Part shown: positions 36,610-46,748 of the stretch, in pieces | Numbering within the stretch: position 1 is the stretch's first letter | Layout: every line of letters starts with the position of its first letter | DNA from: an uncultured Bifidobacteriaceae bacterium | Lineage (GTDB): Bacteria; Verrucomicrobiota; Verrucomicrobiia; Limisphaerales; JADLHS01 | NCBI GenBank assembly: GCA_964456685.1 | Contig: CAYWCK010000002.1 | Span: 1 to 55,008, forward strand | Reading direction: 5' to 3' | DNA length: 55,008 nt | Notes under the pieces: generated by a model | Seen by the model: the letters and a program-made list of their open reading frames with translations, nothing else | Database searches by the model: none | Told to the model about the DNA's origin: nothing | Made by a program: the position numbers and the translations under genes

Positions 36610-38463
36610 CTAGGCTGATGCAGGCGGTGTGCCGTCCGCTTCGAATGACAACGCATGCAGTTTGAAATAATGTCCGCGCCGCTGCAGCAGTTCTGCGTGT
36701 GTCCCGATTTCGACCACGCGGCCGGCCTCCAACACCACAATTTGATCGGCCCGCTGAATGGTGGAAAGCCGGTGGGCGATGCAAATGGTGGTCCGGTCTT
36801 TCATCAACTCTTCGAGCGCGGCTTGGACAGCGCGTTCTGATTCCGTGTCGAGCGCGCTGGTGGCCTCGTCGAGGATCAAAATCGGTGCATTGCGCAGGAC
36901 GGCGCGCGCGATGGCGAGGCGTTGCCGCTGGCCACCGGAGAGGGTTACGCCCTTTTCGCCGACGAGGGTGTTGAAGCCTTCCGGGCGTTGGGCGATGAAC
37001 TCCGCGGCGTGCGCGTGTTCCGCGGCGGCGATGATTTCCGCCTCCGTTGCCCCCAGCCGCCCCAGCTCGATGTTGCGGCGGATGGTGTCGTTGAACAGCA
37101 CGACCTCCTGGGAGACGACGGCGATTTGTTTGCGCAATTCGGCGGTGGAAACGGACCGCAAATCCACGCCACCGACGCGGACCGCACCGCCGGTGGGATC
37201 GTAGAAGCGCAGGAGCAGGTTGGCCAAAGTGCTTTTGCCCGAGCCGGTCTTGCCCACGAGCGCCACGAGCTGGCCGGGCTGAATGCGCAGGTTCACGCCG
37301 CGCAGCACGGGCGTATCGCCATAGGCAAAGTCCACGTGATCAAAGTGAATCTCCGCGCCGGCGGCCCGGAGCGGCTGGGGTTGGGCGGGTTCGGGCACGG
37401 AGTTGGGCGTGGCCAGGAGTTCGAAGACGCGTTCGCTGGCGGCGCGGGCCTGATTCAGATTGGTTTGCAGCTTGGTGAGGTTTTTCAGCGGCTTGTAGAG
37501 GAAAAAGAAGGAGGCGATGACGACCGAAAGCTTTTCGGGATCACGCTGAGCCGGCCCGCCGAGATAGAGGTAGAGGAAAATGATCGCCACCGCGATGGTG
37601 CCGAGGAACTCCATCAACGGCCCGGGAATTTCCGACGAGCGGACGATGCGCATGAAATGGCTGATGACCTTCTGGGTGGTCGCGCGGAACTGTTCCGTCA
37701 CGACGGACTCCAGATTGTACGCCTTGACGACGCGGTTGCCGGTGAAGGCTTCGTTCATGACCTGGGTGAGTTCAGCGCCTTGGGATTGCATGGCGCGCGC
37801 CGACCGGCGGATCTTGCGACTGTAGATGGCAATGGGTACGACACAGGTGGGGATGACGAGCAGGAAGATGAGCGTGAGCTGGGGTGCCCGCCACAGCAGG
37901 AGCGCAATCATGCCCAACACGATCACCGGATCTTTCACCAGGCTTTGCGTGGTGCTGCTCAAGGCGTTTTGCAGCGTGCCGGTGTCGCTCATGACCCGCG
38001 CGATGAGTTCGCCGGTGCGGTTGGTATTGAAGAAGCCGGCGGACAGGTTGATCAGGTGCGCGAAGAGTTTTACGCGCAGATCCATCACCGCGCGCACCGC
38101 CGTCCATTGCAGCAGGTAGGTGTTGAGGTAATCAAACACGCCGCGCAGGAGCGAAACAATCGGGATCAGCGCGAACAGCATCGCCACCGCGAGGAGATGC
38201 GGATGGGCCTCCGGCGCGGTCACGGAGGAAAGCCCGGCTTGAGCCTGCTCCAGCCAGTGGCGGGCGAAGTCGGGCAGCCAGCCGGGCAAAGGTTTGGCGG
38301 CGGCCTGGTTGGCCCAGGGGAAAACTGATTTGAAAACAAACAGCGCGATTACGAGGGTGAGCGGTTCGAGCAAGCCGCAGATGACGCCGGCGAGAATCCC
38401 CAGCGCGAGGCGGCCACGATAAGGCCGGGCCAAGTCATACAACCGCTGGAGAAAAACGCGCAT
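36610..38463 (-). CDS. ABC exporter, fused permease/ATPase (MsbA-like lipid/multidrug exporter)
   Basis: It has a six-helix N-terminal TMD. The NBD carries [35 protein letters not shown] and IAHRLST. Confidence 0.85.
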   Translation of the reverse strand: MRVFLQRLYDLARPYRGRLALGILAGVICGLLEPLTLVIALFVFKSVFPWANQAAAKPLPGWLPDFARHWLEQAQAGLSSVTAPEAHPHLLAVAMLFALIPIVSLLRGVFDYLNTYLLQWTAVRAVMDLRVKLFAHLINLSAGFFNTNRTGELIARVMSDTGTLQNALSSTTQSLVKDPVIVLGMIALLLWRAPQLTLIFLLVIPTCVVPIAIYSRKIRRSARAMQSQGAELTQVMNEAFTGNRVVKAYNLESVVTEQFRATTQKVISHFMRIVRSSEIPGPLMEFLGTIAVAIIFLYLYLGGPAQRDPEKLSVVIASFFFLYKPLKNLTKLQTNLNQARAASERVFELLATPNSVPEPAQPQPLRAAGAEIHFDHVDFAYGDTPVLRGVNLRIQPGQLVALVGKTGSGKSTLANLLLRFYDPTGGAVRVGGVDLRSVSTAELRKQIAVVSQEVVLFNDTIRRNIELGRLGATEAEIIAAAEHAHAAEFIAQRPEGFNTLVGEKGVTLSGGQRQRLAIARAVLRNAPILILDEATSALDTESERAVQAALEELMKDRTTICIAHRLSTIQRADQIVVLEAGRVVEIGTHAELLQRRGHYFKLHALSFEADGTPPASA

Positions 38464-38555
38464 AAAGCGCTTTCAATATGCGAGGACCAAAAATTCAACG
38501 CGAGTCATTTCCCCCGTGGGCAGGGCTGGCCGATGCGCACGGGCCGCAGCCGAAT

Positions 38556-39284
38556 TCAGGCGGTCAGCTTCATCACGCGACCTTTTTCCGCCCGTTCGTT
38601 GCGCGTGGCCACGAAAACGTAGCGCGCATGCGTGAAGCCATTCACCATCTTGTCGAAATAATACTTCAAGCCGCTGGCGAGGCTGACCCGTTGGAGGGAG
38701 AGCGCGAAGCCGGCGCGTTCGAAGACGTCCTCGTAATCCGCGCGCGAATAAAGCGGTTGTTTCAAGCGGTGGGCGCCGGAGCGCCGGCCCATGAGGGATT
38801 TCACCGGTTCGCGTACGGCAACGAGTTGTCCGCCAGGCTTGAGCACCCGCCGGATTTCCCGGAGCAGGAGCAGGAGGTTCATGGCGTCATGCAGCACTCC
38901 GGCGCAGACGACGAAATCAAAGTGGCCGTCCGGAAAACCCAGCCGTTGCGGAGTGACCTGGCGGTGTGAGATCTTGGCCTCGTGGGCGCGCAAGGTTTTG
39001 AAAACTTCCGCGGCATGCTTCTGCCCCGGGTTGCGGTCGAAATCGGAAGCGATCACTTCGACGACCTTGGGCAGCTTGGACAATTCGGCCGTGAACCACG
39101 CCGCGCCCGCGCCGAGTTCCAGAATGCGCCCGCGAAAACCCACGCCGGCCTTGTCGCGGAGAAAGGCCACGTATTTCGGATAATGGCCCGTGGCAAGTTG
39201 CAGCGACACCGAAGGCGCCGCGTCGGGCGCCGCAGTTTTGCGGACCGCGACCTCGTTGCCGGGTTTGTCACTCGACGGGCTCAT
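38556..39284 (-). CDS. class I SAM-dependent methyltransferase
   Basis: Motif I is ILELGAGAAWFT. The post-I acidic residue lies in ..VIASDF.. and ..FDFVVCAGVLH.. is also present. I preferred the ATG at 39284 over the TTG at 39320. Confidence 0.75.
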   Translation of the reverse strand: MSPSSDKPGNEVAVRKTAAPDAAPSVSLQLATGHYPKYVAFLRDKAGVGFRGRILELGAGAAWFTAELSKLPKVVEVIASDFDRNPGQKHAAEVFKTLRAHEAKISHRQVTPQRLGFPDGHFDFVVCAGVLHDAMNLLLLLREIRRVLKPGGQLVAVREPVKSLMGRRSGAHRLKQPLYSRADYEDVFERAGFALSLQRVSLASGLKYYFDKMVNGFTHARYVFVATRNERAEKGRVMKLTA

Positions 39285-39351
39285 CGCTCGCAGAATAAAT
39301 TTGCCCCGCACGCGAGGCAACTTTTTGGTGGAATTTCGCGCTGAAAATTTT

Positions 39352-40020
39352 TCAACGCTGTTCGAGAAAATGCAGTTGGGAATACTTCGCCGCCACCAGT
39401 GCGTTCACCCGTGCGCTCAAGTCCGCGGCCGGTGACAAGACCTGCCACGGGCCGGATTCCACCGCCACCATGGCCGCTTCCCAATCCCCGCGCTGCAAGC
39501 CCAGTGGCGGCGGCTGAACGGAGCCCTGGATCAGCAGCCCCAGTTTGTTTCGGCGCTGGGCGGCGCCGGCAATTTTGCGGCCGTGCCAGAGCAGGTCGAA
39601 TTTTTCGTGGCCGACGAAGCACTGGCCGGGGGCGGATTTCATGCAGCACGGCGCGAGTTCCGTCGCCACGCCGAGCCGGGCAAAGGCGTCGCGAATCCAT
39701 TCGTGGGCGCGGCGGTAGCTGTCCTCGGCGCGCAGCGCGTGCCACTCGTGGCCGGGCGGGAACGTGAGGCTGTAGGTCCAGTCGGCATCGTGCGGCACGA
39801 TGCCGCCGCCGGTCGGCCGGCGGATCAGCGGACGCAGCAGCGTGGCGCGCGCGACGTCGGCGTATTTTTGGAAATAGCCAAAACTCGCAGCGGGCTGGCT
39901 CCAGGCGTAGAACCGGAGCACGGGCTGACCGAGGCGGGCGACGGTTTCGAGCAATGCCTCGTCCATCGCCATGTTGAAGGCGGCTTCAGCCGGGCCGGAA
40001 TTGAGGCGAGCAAAGCTCAT
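39352..40020 (-). CDS. biotin/lipoate A/B protein ligase family protein (lipoate-protein ligase/octanoyltransferase-like)
   Basis: Motifs are ..FNMAMDEALL.., ..RRPTGGGIVPHD.. and ..GRKIAGAAQRR.., the last being the lysine-containing motif of the LplA/LipB family. Confidence 0.75.
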   Translation of the reverse strand: MSFARLNSGPAEAAFNMAMDEALLETVARLGQPVLRFYAWSQPAASFGYFQKYADVARATLLRPLIRRPTGGGIVPHDADWTYSLTFPPGHEWHALRAEDSYRRAHEWIRDAFARLGVATELAPCCMKSAPGQCFVGHEKFDLLWHGRKIAGAAQRRNKLGLLIQGSVQPPPLGLQRGDWEAAMVAVESGPWQVLSPAADLSARVNALVAAKYSQLHFLEQR

Positions 40021-40112
40021 TCAGCCAGGCGCGAAACACGGACGCGCGAGGCGCCCGGAAAATCTTCCGACTGGCTCTGTGAATGTATGGGCGATCCGGT
40101 GTGCATCCGCGG

Positions 40113-40772
40113 TTACGGGTTGGGGACGCCGACTCGCGGGCAGAGTTTTGCGAGTTCGCAGGCGCCGCACTCTGGTTTCCGCGCCGCACAGCGCCGGCGG
40201 CCGTGCCAGATGAGCCAATGACTGAACAGGGTCCATTGCGCGCGCGGCACGAGAGGCATCAGCTCCTGCTCGATCTTTTCAGCGTCGGTTTGTTTGGTGA
40301 GGCCCAAGCGGTTGGCGAGCCGGGTCACGTGAGTGTCCACCACCACCCCGAGGTTGATGGCAAAGGCATTGCCGAGCACAACATTGGCCGTCTTGCGACC
40401 CACCCCGCCGAGCGCGGTGAGTTCTTCCATGGTGTGGGGAACTTCGCCGCCGTGTTTCTCGACCAGTGCGGCGCAACAGGCCTTGATGTTCCTGGCTTTG
40501 TTGCGGAAGAAGCCGGTGGTTTTGATGTCCAGTTCGAGTTCGGCGAGTTCGGCGCGGGCGAAATCGGCCGCGCTACGGTACTTCTTGAACAGGTCGGCGG
40601 TGACCAGATTGACCCGCTTGTCCGTGCATTGCGCGGAAAGAATGGTGGCGATGAGCAGTTGGAGTGGATTGGCGAAATTCAGTTCACAATGCGCGTCCGG
40701 ATAGGCGCGCTGCAACGCCGCGATGATTTGCTGCGTGCGGGCAGCTTTGGCGGTGGCGGTTTCGCGCGGCAT
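40113..40772 (-). CDS. nth: endonuclease III
   Basis: LIATILSAQCTD is present. The HhH-GPD element is L..LGGVGRKTANVVL with the catalytic ..VDTHV... The C-terminal [4Fe-4S] cluster motif is C..RKPEC..C.L...C. Confidence 0.9.
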   Translation of the reverse strand: MPRETATAKAARTQQIIAALQRAYPDAHCELNFANPLQLLIATILSAQCTDKRVNLVTADLFKKYRSAADFARAELAELELDIKTTGFFRNKARNIKACCAALVEKHGGEVPHTMEELTALGGVGRKTANVVLGNAFAINLGVVVDTHVTRLANRLGLTKQTDAEKIEQELMPLVPRAQWTLFSHWLIWHGRRRCAARKPECGACELAKLCPRVGVPNP

Positions 40773-40925
40773 GACGGCGACCAGCTTAGCAATGCGCAAT
40801 GAGGCAGCAAGCGATGAGGCACAAACCGACGGCTGAATTCGACGCGAAGCCCGAGGGCGCTCCCGCGCAGAAAGCAGAACGGCGACCCGTTGCCGGATCG
40901 CCGTTCGTGAATGCTGTTGCCTCGC

Positions 40926-41981
<1,056 letters not shown>

Positions 41982-42115
41982 CTATTCCTTTCCTTCAGAC
42001 TGGGTGAAAAACTTCCAGGTCAGCACATGCTACCGGGGTGGTTGAGTGGGTCAATGAAGAATTGGGCTGGCCAGCCCTTGTTCCCCCTGTCCGGACAACC
42101 TCCGCACCCGCGTCG

Positions 42116-42149
42116 AAACAAAAACCGCCGGCAGTCTGGCTGCCGGCGG
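42116..42149 (-). terminator. intrinsic terminator downstream of the T2SS-F/PilC-like gene
   Basis: The minus strand reads CCGCCGGCAG-CCAGA-CTGCCGGCGG followed by TTTTTGTTT. Confidence 0.7.
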
Positions 42150-42183
42150 TGGAGGCGTCACGCCTTGCTTTGCGAAACAGTGG

Positions 42184-43395
42184 TCACTTCTTGGCGTTGA
42201 TGATGTCCGCCATCTTGAAAATCGGCAGAAACATACAAATCACCATGCCGCCGACCACCACGCCGAGGAACACGATCAGGATGGGCTCGATCAACGAGGT
42301 AAGGCCCGAGAGCGTGGTTTCAATTTCTTCGTCCAAGAAGTCTGAGATGCGCTCGAGCATGTTATCAATTTTGCCGGTTTGTTCACCGGCGGTGATCATG
42401 CGGATAATCATCGTCGGAAACACCGGATGCTTGGCGAGGGCGGCGGAAATGCTCTCCCCGCGCTCGATATCGCCGGCAGCGACCTTGATGGCCTTTTCCA
42501 TGATGACGTTGCCGACCGTTTGGGAAACGATTTGCAAAACTTCCAGAATGGGAACACCGCTGCGTACCAATGAGGCAAGGGTGCGCGTGAAGCGGGCGAG
42601 ACAGATCTTGTGGGCGATGACACCGAAAATGGGCAACTTGATCCGGCGAGAATCCCAGAATTCGCGGCCGGACTTGGTCTTGATGAAATACAGCCAGCCG
42701 TACACCGCGCCGCCACCACCGAGAATAATGAGCAGGATGTAACTTTTGACGATGTTGCTGAGGGTGATCAGGAATTGTGTCGGACCGGGCAATTGGGCGC
42801 CGAAGCCGGCGTAAATTTCCCCGAAGACCGGCACCACTTTCACCAGCAAGAAGATGGTAATCAGGATGGCGACAATGGTGACCACGGTCGGATACATCAA
42901 GGCGGACTTCACTTTTTTGCGCAGCCGGGCCGTGTTTTCCAAGTAGGTTGCCAGGCGGGCCAGAATTTCTGCCAGCAAGCCACCTTTTTCACCGGCACTA
43001 ACCATGGATACGTACAGGCGGCTGAAGGCTTTTGGATGTTTTTGCAGCGCTTCGCTGAAGCTATCGCCTCCTTCAACCCGGGTGCAAACGTCCTTGATGA
43101 CGTCGCGCATCACCTTGTTGGTGGTCTGTTCCGCCAAGGCTTGAAGGGATTGAACCATCGCGAGACCGGCATCGATCATGGTTGCCAGCTGGCGTGTGAA
43201 AATGACCAAATCTGCCAAAGCGACGCTGCCGCCACCGGTTCGGCCTTTCTTGCCAATCTTTTCCTGGATGGAAACCACCAGCAGGTTGCGATTGAGCAAG
43301 GCGGCAATAGCGGCCTGCTCCGTCGCGGCCTCCACCGTGCTGCGAATTTCGCGTCCGCTACCAGTCTCGCGAGCTACGTAAACAAACGATGCCAT
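42184..43395 (-). CDS. type II secretion system F-family / type IV pilus platform protein (PilC/GspF-like)
   Basis: It has two repeats of the GspF domain (FTRQLATMIDAGL..; FTRTLASLVRSGVPILE..). There are three hydrophobic helices. The protein ends ..VICMFLPIFKM. Confidence 0.85.
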   Translation of the reverse strand: MASFVYVARETGSGREIRSTVEAATEQAAIAALLNRNLLVVSIQEKIGKKGRTGGGSVALADLVIFTRQLATMIDAGLAMVQSLQALAEQTTNKVMRDVIKDVCTRVEGGDSFSEALQKHPKAFSRLYVSMVSAGEKGGLLAEILARLATYLENTARLRKKVKSALMYPTVVTIVAILITIFLLVKVVPVFGEIYAGFGAQLPGPTQFLITLSNIVKSYILLIILGGGGAVYGWLYFIKTKSGREFWDSRRIKLPIFGVIAHKICLARFTRTLASLVRSGVPILEVLQIVSQTVGNVIMEKAIKVAAGDIERGESISAALAKHPVFPTMIIRMITAGEQTGKIDNMLERISDFLDEEIETTLSGLTSLIEPILIVFLGVVVGGMVICMFLPIFKMADIINAKK

Positions 43396-43829
43396 AACGA
43401 TTTCAAGTTCTTGTAGCTGTCGTCCGTCGGAATTTCAAGACTTGGCTGACTGCCAGCCGGCCAACGAACAGGAGCTACCTTCGGTTTCCTAGCAACAGCT
43501 GTTCCATGCGGGAAGCGGTCAGGGATTATCAAATAACATTCGTACTGCCCGGGCGAAAGAACCGCGGCAAAATCGCCTGAGACGGCGGCGGTAAGACAGC
43601 GTGTTCCATTTGTGACCACCGCTTGCCCTCGGGTTGGCCTGTTGGAGCAGGTTGTAGCCGAAAGGGTTGCAAGCGGGAAAATTTTACAGGTGGAAAAAAA
43701 CTGTTGTCAAATGTCCCGATTTCTCCTAATTGTTGCCGCAATCGCACCAAGCTGGTGCCGGGGCAAACCGGTTTTGCCCCCGTAATGCATACGTTAGTAC
43801 CAAACAAAAAACTAAATCGGAGGAACCAA

Positions 43830-45059
43830 ATGAAGTTTAATAAATGGACGTTGGGTCTGGCCGCGTTGGGGGTTGTCAGTCTGACTTCTGCCGCCAAAGC
43901 GGAGGAGAAGATGTCGGCGATCCAATCGGCGCTCTCAGCGACGACCATCAGCGGTTATGTTGACGTCTCGGCCCAATGGAATATCGGCAATCAGTTTCAT
44001 GGCGGCAGTGATGGCGCACTCCCGAACTACAGCTTCGGCGGCGCCGGCAAGGCGGACGGCTTCAATCTGAATGTCGTTCAGCTGAGCATTGCCAAGGCGC
44101 TTGATGAAAGCGAATGGGCTTCGGGCTATCGCGTTGACCTGTGGTTGGGACCGGATGCGAACACACTGGCCTCGGCCAGCACGTTTCATTCGGCCAATAG
44201 CGAACTCGACCTCAGCGAAGGCGCTTCGGCCGACCTCGGCATCCGTCAGGCCTATGTTGCCCTGCGGGCGCCCGTGGGCAATGGTTTGGACGTCAAGCTC
44301 GGTGTGTTTGACAGCATTCTGGGATACGAATCCCTCGAATCTGGCAACAACCCGAACTACTCCCGTTCCTATGGCTTCAGCATTGAGCCCACGACGCTGA
44401 CCGGCGTGCTGGCCAGCTATCGGTTCAATGACATGATCTCCGCCTCCGCTGGTATCGCGAATACCAAGGGCCCGCACATCAATGCGCGCGCTCACGGCGA
44501 AGACTTCATGTCGGAAGCCAGCAAGACCTACTTGGCCTCTGTGTCCTTCACCGCCCCGTCAGATTGGGGTTGGGCCGCCGGCTCGACTCTGTATGCCGGC
44601 GTGGTTCATGGCATGGATGACAATGAAGCGGGCTATGACTATGACTGGAAGAGCACCAGCTGGTACTTGGGTGGCACGCTGGCAACGCCGGTGACCGGCC
44701 TGAAGGTCGGCGCTGCGTTTGACCTGTTGGACCTCTACGACTGGGGTTCCAACGGTGGCACTGTCTGGACCATCGGTCTGTATGCCTCCTACCAGGCGAC
44801 TGAGAAACTCAGCGTTCACCTGCGTGGCGAATACTTGGACGACAGCACGGATGGTTATCTCTTCACGAACCTGTCGAGCGGCATCCATGCGAAGCTGATT
44901 GGCATCACTGGCACGGTCCAGTATGACCTCTGGCAGAACGTGATCAGCCGTCTGGAAATCCGCTGGGATCATAGCTGCAACGGCGATGTCTTCGGCCAGT
45001 TTGTTGGCGACGAAGCCGACGCGGTCATGATCGCTGGAAACGTGATCTACAAGTTCTAA
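43830..45059 (+). CDS. outer-membrane beta-barrel porin-like protein
   Basis: A GGAGGA SD lies 6 nt upstream. The signal peptide is MKFNKWTLGLAALGVVSLTSAAKA. The sequence has alternating beta-strand character and a C-terminal ..NVIYKF aromatic terminus typical of OMPs. Confidence 0.65.
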   Translation: MKFNKWTLGLAALGVVSLTSAAKAEEKMSAIQSALSATTISGYVDVSAQWNIGNQFHGGSDGALPNYSFGGAGKADGFNLNVVQLSIAKALDESEWASGYRVDLWLGPDANTLASASTFHSANSELDLSEGASADLGIRQAYVALRAPVGNGLDVKLGVFDSILGYESLESGNNPNYSRSYGFSIEPTTLTGVLASYRFNDMISASAGIANTKGPHINARAHGEDFMSEASKTYLASVSFTAPSDWGWAAGSTLYAGVVHGMDDNEAGYDYDWKSTSWYLGGTLATPVTGLKVGAAFDLLDLYDWGSNGGTVWTIGLYASYQATEKLSVHLRGEYLDDSTDGYLFTNLSSGIHAKLIGITGTVQYDLWQNVISRLEIRWDHSCNGDVFGQFVGDEADAVMIAGNVIYKF

Positions 45060-45077
45060 GCCGTTTGTCGATTACAA

Positions 45078-45106
45078 CCCCCTTCGCTTCGGCGGAGGGG
45101 GTTTTT
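45078..45106 (+). terminator. intrinsic terminator downstream of the porin gene
   Basis: CCCCCTTCGC-TTCG-GCGGAGGGGG followed by TTTTTGCTTTT. Confidence 0.75.
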
Positions 45107-45157
45107 GCTTTTGGAAGCCAAACGTGATTCCGCCACATCTGCGCGAACCGCAGCGGG

Positions 45158-45454
45158 TCAATCTCCCAGCAGCTTCTTAAGTTGATCCCGGGCCTTGGCC
45201 TCGCGACTCTTTTCCTCGGCCGGAGGTGTGAAGGTCCGTCGCGCGATTTCGAAATACTCGCAATAGTTCGCCTGGTGCTTTTCAGCCACCGGCTCGGCCC
45301 GGCGATCGCGGCATTGGTAGGCAACCGTGCGGTCATAGCTGGCGCAATTGAAGCAGACCTTCAAATCCGACCCGCAATTTTCGCACGATTCAGATCGGCC
45401 GGGTCCGCCCGGCAGTTTGTATTCCGTGCCGCATTTCCAGCAATGCTTGGTCAT
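45158..45454 (-). CDS. small Cys-rich zinc-ribbon protein
   Basis: 98 aa with CWKCG..CENCG..CFNC..C..CEYF cysteine pairs. It has a basic and acidic C-terminal tail. Confidence 0.55.
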   Translation of the reverse strand: MTKHCWKCGTEYKLPGGPGRSESCENCGSDLKVCFNCASYDRTVAYQCRDRRAEPVAEKHQANYCEYFEIARRTFTPPAEEKSREAKARDQLKKLLGD

Positions 45455-45551
45455 GGCGCAAGCCTACCAAAACCTCAACCCGCGCCAAGCTTGGCTTGCC
45501 CGTCCGCCAAGCCGTTCCTAAATTCCTAAAAATGTCTCCGCATAATCTGCT

Positions 45552-46502
45552 ATGAAGATCGTGGTATTGGACGGTTTCACTTTGAATCCAGGCGATCTTG
45601 ACTGGGCGCCGTTGCACCAGCTGGGCGATTGCGAAATCTTTGATCGAACCGCACCCGCTGAAATCGGCACGCGCGCGGCAAGCGCAGATTTGGTTCTCAC
45701 CAACAAAGCCGTGCTTTCCGCCGCGACAATTCAACAGCTCCCCCAATTGAAATACATTGGCGTGCTCGCCACCGGCACGAATGTCGTGGATCTGGCCGCC
45801 GCCCGGCAGCGGGGCATACCCGTTACCAATGTTCCAGCCTACGGCACGCGCGCGGTTGCCCAAGCCACCTTCGCGCTGCTGCTCGAGCTTACCAATCGCG
45901 TGGGGCATCATGCACAGGCCGTTCGTGCCGGACAATGGACCAGGAATCCGGATTGGTGCTTTTGGGATGCGCCGCTCATTGAGCTCGATGGTCTCACGCT
46001 GGGCATCGTGGGTATGGGCCGGATTGGAAAAGCGGTGGCCGAGCTGGGCCATGCCTTCGGCATGAACGTCATCGCTTCCAGCTCCAGCGGCAGAAATATG
46101 CTGCCTTTCGTGCGGTTGGTTGGACTCGATGAACTTTTCAGTCTCAGCGATGTGGTCAGTTTGCACTGTCCGTTGGCGCCGCAAACTCAACAACTGGTCA
46201 ACGCGGAGCGTCTCCGGTTGATGAAACCGTCCGCCTTCCTCCTGAACACCAGCCGTGGTCCGCTGGTGGATGAGGCGGCGTTGGCGGACGCATTGAATTC
46301 CGGCCGCCTCGCGGGCGCTGGCCTCGATGTCTTGTCCACCGAGCCGCCGCCCGCGAGCAATCCCTTGTTGCAGGCGAAGAATTGTTTCATCACCCCGCAC
46401 AACGCCTGGGGCACTCAAGCCGCCCGCGCCCGCCTGCTGCGGATTGCCGTGGAAAACATGCGCGCCTTCCTCGCTGGCCAGCCAGTCAATGTGGTGAACT
46501 GA
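45552..46502 (+). CDS. D-isomer-specific 2-hydroxyacid dehydrogenase (glycerate dehydrogenase-like)
   Basis: The NAD motif is GIVGMGRIGKAVA. The catalytic residues lie in ..NTSRGPLVDE.. and ..TPHNAW... Confidence 0.85.
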   Translation: MKIVVLDGFTLNPGDLDWAPLHQLGDCEIFDRTAPAEIGTRAASADLVLTNKAVLSAATIQQLPQLKYIGVLATGTNVVDLAAARQRGIPVTNVPAYGTRAVAQATFALLLELTNRVGHHAQAVRAGQWTRNPDWCFWDAPLIELDGLTLGIVGMGRIGKAVAELGHAFGMNVIASSSSGRNMLPFVRLVGLDELFSLSDVVSLHCPLAPQTQQLVNAERLRLMKPSAFLLNTSRGPLVDEAALADALNSGRLAGAGLDVLSTEPPPASNPLLQAKNCFITPHNAWGTQAARARLLRIAVENMRAFLAGQPVNVVN

Positions 46503-46748
46503 GCCGGTCCAACCGCATGCAAGTTGCGCGCTCGGGTTGATTACTTAGGGCTTTGTCAGAGCTTGACCGCCGTTTGTCCGACCGCAAAATCTGTCCCATT
46601 CCAGAACGGCAAACGTCCTTTTGGACAATTTTTTTCCGTGGCCCGGCACATGGCTGCGGTAAAGCCCGTGGCATGTCGGTAGCTAAATGTGTCTCGGACT
46701 GGGCTGTATTCCGTGGGCAAAACGAAAAATTCAATTCCAAGGTGGACC

